Assembly: GCA_044892505.1 (NCBI GenBank)
Contig: CM097884.1
Span: 29,202,001-29,266,000 of the forward strand
Length of the DNA: 64,000 nucleotides
Source of the DNA: Schmidtea nova
Taxonomy: Eukaryota
Direction: 5' to 3'
Both the position numbers and the translations under genes were made by a program. How positions within the stretch are numbered: position 1 is the stretch's first letter; the number at the start of each line of letters is the position of its first letter. Below, in pieces: positions 20,201 to 28,950 of the stretch. The notes under the pieces were generated by a model. The model worked only from the letters and a program-made list of their open reading frames with translations, was not told the DNA's origin and did not search any database.

Positions 20201-21480
20201 TTCCATCTCTCCTCAATTTCCCGTGCTTCCTCCAACTGAAGTCTCTGCCATTCTGCTTGTTGTTTCGTTTGATTTTTGTTCGTCCTTAACTTGTGAGGCT
20301 CGGTGATTTGCAAAGCATTAATTCTTGGCTGTTGTGGTTGGCTGACTGTTGTTCGTTCGATTAATTCCCTCAGTTGTTCAAGTTCCTGCATCACATTGAT
20401 TTGTGGTGTTTGATTTTGGTTTTCGGTTCGCTGTGGTGCATTGACTTGGTTTGGGCATTCTCTCGCCATATGTCCAGGTTGTTGGCATTTGAAACAATTG
20501 GCGTTTCTTCTAAAATTTCCTCCATTATTGTTATTTCTTACGTAGTAATTTCCTGCACTAGCATTTACGGTTCTGCATACATTTTCTGTATGACCTTTTC
20601 TACCACAACTTTGACATGTTTTAGTGCTATAACATTCATGACTCAGATGTCCAGATTTTTGACAAATGTTACATATTTTGCTGGTGAATAAATTGTTATT
20701 CCCGTAATTATTCCTATTACTATACGCGTTGCTGTAAGTATTGTTATTTCTGTCTGTATTGTTTCGATTACGGTTGTCCATATTTGTATTTTGATTTCTC
20801 ATTGGAGTTTTGAACATTTGTTGCGCTCTTGGTATAAATTGATTCATCATTGGAGTCGTGTTGCCTGGTTGATTACCTTCGTTGGTCGTATTGGTTGTTA
20901 ATTTTGTTGTTGGTTCCGCTGTCAAAACAGCAACTGTCAATGGTGGTTTTAAATACATTTCGCATCGATTCGCGATTGTCAGTGCTTCCTCCAACGTTTT
21001 TGGTGCCTGACATCCGATATTTGCACGAATATCATCTCTTCTGAGTCCACTCAGAAATACTCCTACCAATCCTTCATCTTTTACTTTTTCCTCGCCGTAG
21101 GCATCTCTTGCCATACGTTTTAATTCGCACGCGAACATCGCATTGGATTCGTTGGGTTTTTGTTTTCTGTGGAAGAAATCTAACATTTTCTGATTTTCTT
21201 CTTTCGCCACTCCAAAGGTTTTTTCTAAAAAGTCCTTGATTTCTTTCCATGTTCTCAATTTTTCATCATCTCGTCTTGCCTCTAAATAAACATCTTGTGC
21301 GCTTTCTTTTAAATATAGCGGCATTCGTTCTCGGGTGGCTTCGTCTGACCAGCGACAGATCGTAATATAAACCTCAAATTCCTTTAGGAAGGTTTGTAAT
21401 TTACTGATATTACCATCAAATGGTTCTCCACGGAATTTTTCTTTAAAATCTCCAAGGTTGGCTGCTGACGTGGTACTCAT
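11236..21480 (-). CDS. 3414-aa Gag-accessory-Env-PR-RT-RNaseH portion of the giant polyprotein
   Basis: Uninterrupted ORF with gag CCHC x3, DTG protease (13468-13476), RT ([10 protein letters not shown], YIDD at 12247-12258) and RNase H ([23 protein letters not shown]). Confidence 0.97.
   Translation of the reverse strand: [3414 protein letters not shown]
11480..12720 (-). other. RT and RNase H domains, Ty3/Gypsy type
   Basis: [56 protein letters not shown]; RNase H TDASG/E/D residues. Confidence 0.97.
13230..13530 (-). other. Retropepsin aspartic protease domain
   Basis: [23 protein letters not shown] ... CIIGTDL. Confidence 0.95.
14075..15975 (-). other. Chuvirus-like (gB-related class III) envelope glycoprotein domain
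   Basis: Signal peptide [20 protein letters not shown], then FVVYDC; Cys-rich ectodomain; [16 protein letters not shown]; membrane region [28 protein letters not shown] plus a second hydrophobic stretch, as I recall for chuvirus-type glycoproteins. Confidence 0.75.
16085..16560 (-). other. Bcl-2-like domain 2
   Basis: BH2-like [11 protein letters not shown] at 16093-16125, preceded by a hydrophobic core helix ([16 protein letters not shown]) and a BH3-like helix ([11 protein letters not shown]). Confidence 0.7.
17065..17270 (-). other. Ubiquitin-like domain 3
   Basis: [15 protein letters not shown]...MKIKEIKKK...[12 protein letters not shown]...I..G..NHLTV follows the beta-grasp pattern. 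Confidence 0.6.
17630..18069 (-). other. TRAF-type MATH domain
   Basis: FKWRISNW...[55 protein letters not shown]...G.PKFI...GDIYVSCKI. Confidence 0.92.
18430..18681 (-). other. Ubiquitin-like domain 2
   Basis: [26 protein letters not shown]...[31 protein letters not shown]. Confidence 0.75.
18705..18990 (-). other. Bcl-2-like domain 1 (divergent)
   Basis: BH3-like LTKIGDRYD (18934-18960), BH1-like SMKRFVEFV and BH2-like ISQYGGY, in the expected order and spacing. Confidence 0.55.
18995..19208 (-). other. Possible ubiquitin-like domain 1
   Basis: [19 protein letters not shown]...[10 protein letters not shown]...[30 protein letters not shown]; beta-grasp-like pattern only. Confidence 0.4.
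20450..21480 (-). other. Gag capsid-like domain and three CCHC zinc knuckles
   Basis: [64 protein letters not shown]. Confidence 0.95.
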
Positions 21481-22031
21481 TTTTATCCCTTCTTTCTCCT
21501 CGTCCGAGTTTAAAAATTCTGTGTCGTTCTGGTTAATCTGTTCAATATAATTCCTTTCTACTTCCTCGCTGGTATCAACAGATAAACTTTCCGATGTTGC
21601 AAACTCTGTTTGTTCGGATGAAGGCCTTCTGTTGTGTATTCTTGAAGATTTCGCAGCTTTTCTCTCTCGGTTTTCTAGTAAACTTGGATCTTTGTCTAGA
21701 TTTGGATCTTTGTCTTGATTTTTACGCTTTAACAGCCGCTCTGCGATACTCTCAATATCCTCTGTTTTGTCAATTGTTGATTATTTCTCTTACGGTTAGA
21801 TTCTCTTTTATATTTTTCTTCTTTTACTTCTTTCCTCTTCAATGAGTCTTCTTTTTCTTCTTTTTCTTCCTTTATTCCTTTTTTCAAAACTGATTCACTT
21901 GAATTTGATGGTTTTGGTTTTGGTTTGATGTTATCTAAAAATATAAAAAAAATGGATCCATTTATAATTAATTTGTTCGTCATTTTAGGCTTCTTCCTCT
22001 TTCCCACCGTTCCGACATCGTCGCTACTCAC
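21481..22031 (-). pseudogene. N-terminal Gag extension with a candidate 97-nt intron
   Basis: The gag frame is open 100 codons upstream of ATG 21480 (to TAA at 21781-21783). Donor GG|GTGAGT at 22031; acceptor TTTTTAG|AT at 21935. Confidence 0.5.
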
Positions 22032-22439
22032 CCCCCGTAATTTAGGTGGATTTTAATTTATCTATACCTCGTAATAATTATCTATGTAGGGTCGTATGGT
22101 TTACCTGGTACCTTCATCAATAATAATAACGATAATAATAATAATAATACTAATTATAATAATAATTTGCACAAAATTTCACGTAACATAACTCTAATAC
22201 TTCGTTTCAAAATCATGATTTTCACAAATACTTTATTTATTTATTGTCGTCGTTTTCTTTCAGATTTTCTAATGTTTCCAGCTAGCTTTTTATAATATTT
22301 CTTAACGGATGTTACAATTCTTACGCTGTCATTTTATCCTATTTCTCCTAGATGTACCTTCTTTAATCTCTTTTTACTAACTCCCATTTTCTCAAAATGC
22401 ATTTTATTTCTTCTACGAGCTCTCAAAATTTCTCACATG

Positions 22440-23530
22440 CATGAATTTCTAAATATTTTTGGATTCTCAAAGTCTCTCATACATGAACTCTCAAAGTTTC
22501 TCAATTATCTGGACTCTCAAAGTCTCTCATACATGAACTCTCAAAGTTTCTCAATTATCTGGACTCTCAAAGTCTCTCATACATGAACTCTCAAAGTTTC
22601 TCAATTATCTGGACTCTCAAAGTCTCTCATACATGAACTCTCAAAGTTTCTCAATTATCTGGACTCTCAAAGTCTCTCAATTATCTGGACTCTCAAAGTC
22701 TCTCCCAGAGCGCTCAATTATCTGGACTCTCAAAGTCTCTAAATTACCTGGACTCTCAAAGTCTCTCAATTATCTGGACTCTCAAAGTCTCTCAATTATC
22801 TGGACTCTCAAAGTCTCTCACATACATGAACTCTCAAAGTTTCTCAATTATCTGGACTCTCAAAGTCTCTCACATACATGAACTCTCAAAGTTTCTCAAT
22901 TATCTGGACTCTCAAAGTCTCTCACATACATGAACTCTCAAAGTTTCTCAATTATCTGGACTCTCAAAGTCTCTCACATACATGAACTCTCAAAGTTTCT
23001 CAATTATCTGGACTCTCAAAGTCTCTCACATACATGAACTCTCAAAGTTTCTCAATTATCTGGACTCTCAAAGTCTCTCACATACATGAACTCTCAAAGT
23101 TTCTCAATTATCTGGACTCTCAAAGTCTCTCACATACATGAACTCTCAAAGTTTCTCAATTATCTGGACTCTCAAAGTCTCTCACATACATGAACTCTCA
23201 AAGTTTCTCAATTATCTGGACTCTCAAAGTCTCTCACATACATGAACTCTCAAAGTTTCTCAATTATCTGGACTCTCAAAGTCTCTCACATACATGAACT
23301 CTCAAAGTTTCTCAATTATCTGGACTCTCAAAGTCTCTCACATACATGAACTCTCAAAGTTTCTCAATTATCTGGACTCTCAAAGTCTCTCACATACATG
23401 AACTCTCAAAGTTTCTCAATTATCTGGACTCTCAAAGTCTCTCACATACATGAACTCTCAAAGTTTCTCAATTATCTGGACTCTCAAAGTCTCTCACATA
23501 CATGAACTCTCAAAGTTTCTCAATTATCTC
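22440..23530. repeat. Tandem array in B's leader, 50-52-nt unit, about 20 copies
   Basis: Unit catacatgaactctcaaagtttctcaattatctggactctcaaagtctctca, a dimer of two related 26-mers. Confidence 0.97.
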
Positions 23531-23693
23531 GGCCGTCTTCAATTTATTCTCTTCATACTATTTAATCACTCATTTTCCTATTCTCAATAAATTCGCTGTT
23601 ACTGACTGTTTTTCTCAGATTGTTCTACTACTTCTCAATTATGAATTCATCAGGGTAAAATCGTCGAAATTCACTTTCTACTCTTTCGACTTT

Positions 23694-23960
23694 CTAGAAT
23701 CTGCATCTAATTTTCTCAGCAGCTTTCTCTTTATTAATGTTACTGCCTTCTACCTCAGTGTACCAATCATGCCTTGGCAAACTGGTGTATAAGACGAACA
23801 TTACGGGTTTAGCCCTTTCACCTAATTCAAAATCGTAAAATAATCGCGTTAACTCGTTTCGCAATTTGTGATGATCAGTCACAAACGAAATTTCGCCAAC
23901 ATATGCGATGGATATCCTATTCTACTCTCTTTCCTCAAGGTGATCAAGTTTTTCCCCGTT
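23694..23960 (-). pseudogene. Degenerate leader ORF of B, apparently homologous to 36245-36439 in A
   Basis: Manual translation gives ...ISIAYVGEISFVTDHHKL vs GTIAEAGKFLRVTDHHTI in A. Confidence 0.45.
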
Positions 23961-24692
23961 TGTTGTCTGCTAATTTTAACAACAAAAATATTGACGTACT
24001 ATCTTTTGATAGCTCTGTTAAAATTTGGCGTACTATCTTTTGATAGCTCAGTTATGAATTTGTGGACTATTTTCTCGTTTCTACTCAGACACTCATTTCT
24101 CACTGTATTTCGGAAGATTCCCTTATAAATCAACTTCTATAACGCTACTAATGGCTCGTCCTAATACATACATATTTATATATATAATGATCAGTATAAT
24201 AATGATAATCAATATAATAATGGTAATAAGGAAGATTATAGTAATGAAATTCGGTTCAATATAATAATTATGAGGAGGATTTATAATAAAGAAAATTCAA
24301 AAAGAAAAGAAAAGTAACTTTGTCACAAATTCCCATTTTCCTAATGTTTGATTTTTCGGCATTAGCCGTTACTTGTTATGTTTTTTCACGATTCTCAGTT
24401 ATTAATTACTTAGTGTTCTGTGTTTATTTAATTTTTTCAACGGTTTGGAGTATTGGATGATCAACGAAGTTCAACACGGCTAAAACGTTTATTTCGAACG
24501 ACATTCTTTATGAACAAAATACGACGATTTTCTCATCAATTGTCTGTTTGCAGATTACGCATCTCTTTATTTCTCTAGAGCACGGCTGGCAATAACACAA
24601 ATGCCCACATGGCATGAATAAAATGTTCGCTTCTTTTTGTCGACAGATATAGCATCTTTCGAACGAATCGATCTGTTGATTTATCGATCTCT

Positions 24693-24992
24693 CTAGCTTG
24701 TCCGTGATTTTATCGATTTTTTTTCAATCCATTCTTGTATTTTCAGATTAAAACTCGGATTATTCAGTCGCAATCGTTGTAATTCATAAATCGTTTCTAA
24801 CGAAATATCGTTTGTTGTTCCTGTAATTCCTGCAATCACTATTAGGTTCTCAGGTTGTGGTCTAGGATTCAACAATAATTCATCTTTTATTCCCTTTACT
24901 CGTTCGAGTTTCTCGCTCAACACCTGCAATGGGTCATTTTTAAAATCGAAAAACAACTCGATTCGTAGTAAAATATGCTCAATCGATTCCAT
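24693..24992 (-). CDS. Small leader ORF of unknown function (99 aa)
   Basis: Protein-like composition; the ATG is immediately preceded by an acceptor-like TATTTTAG. Confidence 0.35.
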   Translation of the reverse strand: MESIEHILLRIELFFDFKNDPLQVLSEKLERVKGIKDELLLNPRPQPENLIVIAGITGTTNDISLETIYELQRLRLNNPSFNLKIQEWIEKKSIKSRTS

Positions 24993-26226
24993 CTAAAATA
25001 TTCATGATGACTGGTGTTTGTAACTTTTTGAATTAACCATTCATTATAATTTGAACGAAAAAAAATAAATAATAAAAACTTCAACAGCTATGTACACGAA
25101 TTTTTATAATTTTTTATATTTTTTTGTATTTTTTCAAAACTACTATTAACAGAATAATCAGCCATTTTTATACATATTTTTTTTTTTATATTTTTATATT
25201 TTTTATATTTTTATAATTTTATAATTTTCTCCATTCGTCCATATTCGATATTTTCGAATAAAATACTCAGCCATTAAGTACATAATTTTTATGATTTTTT
25301 ATATTTTTTTTTTAAATATACTAATATTCTCTACATAGAAATAATTAAACATTTATTTACACAATTTTTTCATGATTTTTACACTTTTTATCAATTTTAA
25401 GATAATTATATTTTTTATTTGTAGTATTCGCAATTTTTTGGTAATTTTTCGTTTACTGAAATCAATTTTTGTGTCTTCGAATATTTATTCTCTAAGTGAT
25501 TCGCGTGAACTCTATCCCATATCTTATGGTCATATAACATCTCCTTTTACTAAGTTCCTAATTTTGTGCATCTCGAACTTTCATATTTGTGTTAAGGCTC
25601 ACGCTTCCTTATTTGATTCTATATCATTATATTCGTTTGTTAAGTCGTTGCCAGATATTATTTTATGATTTCATAAGATTTTTGAATTATTCCCGATTTC
25701 GATTCCCGAATTGAGTCGCGATCAACATTCCAATATCACCATGCATCATTTTGACTTCAACAATCTAATTTTTCGCAACATTCAAACTTCAAACTTATTA
25801 GATTATATCATTCATTCTCTACTGTATCATTATATCAATTAAAACAATTAATTCACGCATTGATCCATTTTCGTTGTTATTTCTTTCAGACCCGATACTT
25901 TCCATGTCCTTCTTTGCCAATAAAATAAAATTACAGGGGTCATACTTCAGTCATTCTCAATCAAACAACATAACACCAATATCGCTAGTAATAATAATGT
26001 CATCCACAGTAACACTCATGATAATAACAGTNNNNNNNNNNNNNNNNNNNNNNNNNNNNNNNNNNNNNNNNNNNNNNNNNNNNNNNNNNNNNNNNNNNNN
26101 NNNNNNNNNNNNNNNNNNNNNNNNNNNNNNNNNNNNNNNNNNNNNNNNNNNNNNNNNNNNNNNNNNNNNNNNNNNNNNNNNNNNCTAGTAGTACTATTAG
26201 TAATAATAACTAAAATGATAATAATA

Positions 26227-26257
<31 letters not shown>

Positions 26258-27209
26258 TGCGCGTTACACGGCAATTTACCCAATATATTTCTTATATATT
26301 ATTACGTAATAATTATAATAAAAATATAATAAATCCGTCTTATTTTTATATTATTTGACCAAATTATTGTTTCTACTGTTAAAATGACAATAATACTAAT
26401 CCTGATACCTATATTATCCTTATTACTCGGTGTTACTGCTTTCTTGGGTCAAAATTCCGAAATTTCTTCAATCTTTTAAATTTCTTAGCGGCGATTTTCT
26501 ACACTTTTTGCGGATTCCGGTGTCATATTCTATCTTTCGAGGTATTTTTCACTTGCCGGTACTGTGTACCCACTTTCTACGCTCTATGGACGTTATTTGA
26601 ACAATTTTACGATTATTGGTTGTTCGTGGGGTTCATTTGTCGCGATTTGGTATTTTGACTATTTTACCCGTGATTTTCTTAGACTTTTGGCCCATTCCGG
26701 CTCAACTTTTTATCCTATGCTATGTTTGATGTTTATTTGTATTAAAGACACTTATTCTACGCTCTGTTGTTATTATTCATTCTCAATTTCAATCGTTGGC
26801 TGTTCGTGGGGCTTAAAGATCGTTTTTTCGGCTTAACTTTTTTATTCGCTTTCGCGGTGATTTTGATTCGGAACTTTTTATTTTCTAAATTTTTTCTAAA
26901 TTCAAAATGGTACTTAAAACAATATTCTCTACTTATAATAGTATTGTCAATAATAATAATAGCCATAATAATTATTATTNNNNNNNNNNNNNNNNNNNNN
27001 NNNNNNNNNNNNNNNNNNNNNNNNNNNNNNNNNNNNNNNNNNNNNNNNNNNNNNNNNNNNNNNNNNNNNNNNNNNNNNNNNNNNNNNNNNNNNNNNNNNN
27101 NNNNNNNNNNNNNNNNNNNNNNNNNNNNNNNNNNNNNNNNNNNNNNNNNNNNNNNNNNNNNNNNNNNNNNNNNNNNNNNNNNTAATCCTAATAATATTAC
27201 TTATAATGG

Positions 27210-28950
27210 TGCTGGGTTTATGGGTGGGTTTTAAATAATTAATAATAAATAAATAAATAATAATCAAACAAATAATCATAACTAAGTATACTTGGGATGC
27301 CTCACCCATAACCATACATAAAAAACAAATCGTCTCACTCGCACGCCCCTAACTATTCCCTATCTAGTTAGGTTGGAACTGCGCGCGGTGGTTGAAAAAT
27401 GATGGGCAGGTGAGCTCCATCGCTGGAACTACTCCCCATTTATTTTCACGGGTTCCCGCTGCCGCTAGAAGGTCTTACGCGTTATTCTCTCAATGTCTAC
27501 GCTCAAATTCCTTTAAAAAAATTAACAAACGTCTTTTAAATAGAGATTTTATTTAGCTGCAAACTCCTTACGCTATATAAAACCCAAAATAATGCGCTGC
27601 ACCTTAAAATTATATTTATTTATAAAAACTCTCGAAAATTTCCTTTACTCAAAATCACCGCTATGTCGTTGCATTGTTATGCGTAACAAAATCTATTGAT
27701 CAAGTTCGTCTTGCTAACATTTTAATTCTGAAATTAAATCACTACATAAGATATAAAATTCCTGTAAAGCTCCAAAATTATCGCTGAAAAATGCGCAAAC
27801 CTCAAAACCTATCGTTCAACACTCAAAAATCCTATCATTATATGAAACCCTCAAAATCTATCGCAATTTCCAAAACTATTCTCTATGTGCAACCATTCAT
27901 TATGTGCAAAGTTCACTAAACTCAAAAATATCCGAAAAAATCCCAGATACATAAATTATAAAAAGGTACAACCGCCGTGTGAAGCGACGAGGCTCCACGA
28001 TGACGACTATGTCTCCCTCGCCGCGTTAGCAGCCTAGGAAGCATAACTATGTAAATATTTTATATAATAACTACAATAATACTCATCATCGAATATTTAT
28101 TTTCGGAAAAATTAGCCTCAAAACTTTACTAGGACCACTACTTAACAAATTAACCAACACATCTCACACAAAAATATTCAAATAACACAAAAATACCCGT
28201 TCGAAATCGATCCACACGACTGGCGAAATCAAAACCAAAATTTTGCTCTCAGTAAATTAATGCCAAGTAAGTTTAGATTGTGATTTTTCAGCGTCTATTT
28301 ATACTAATTTTACTGACGCTTAGATATTTTGTTATTAACATAATTTATTAACAATTTAAACTTACTTATTAGTTTTAATAAGTGAGCATTTATTTATCTT
28401 TCATAAATTTAACTTTATAATTTGATTTATTTATTTCGAAAATATTTGTTTTTAATTCTATTAAATTAGGTGTGTATCCATTGTTTTATTGTGCATTTAT
28501 TGATTAAAACAATTTATTTTTAAATCTATTATCATTCCTATCTCTCTTAATTTTTGCGATATTTCAATAGGGATTTATTCTATAATTTTTAATAAATTAT
28601 TTTCTTTATTCTGATACTGATTTTATTCTTTGATCATGCTTTTCATAATCACTTTACAAGCACTGATCTTCCCCATTCAATTCTCATGCGGTCTTTCGTG
28701 TGTAAATCTGACCTGCACTCAAATTGTGTGCTCTCCTTTGAGATGCATCTTTTTATCGCTTTAACCCTATCTCGACAGACTTATAAGATGCAGTTCGTAA
28801 GACTACTATTGTACTTAACTGTTTTTATTTTCCCTTGCGTTATTTTACTGCTTAACGTCTTGTCGTTCGTTTCTTTTTGTTTCTCTTTGTATGTATTTAT
28901 TTTTTAATAAATTTTAATAAAATTTTATTTTTGATTTCACCAGCCCAACA
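27210..28950 (-). repeat. 3' LTR of element A
   Basis: Minus strand TGTTGGGCTGG...CCCATAAACCCAGCA. Confidence 0.95.

Noticed and set aside
6940-21044. Many short plus-strand ORFs rich in S/F/L/I
   Set aside because: Antisense shadows of the purine-rich polyprotein strand.
22440-23530. CRISPR-like array (also 34776-35820)
   Set aside because: Head-to-tail units with no unique spacers, eukaryotic context, no cas genes.
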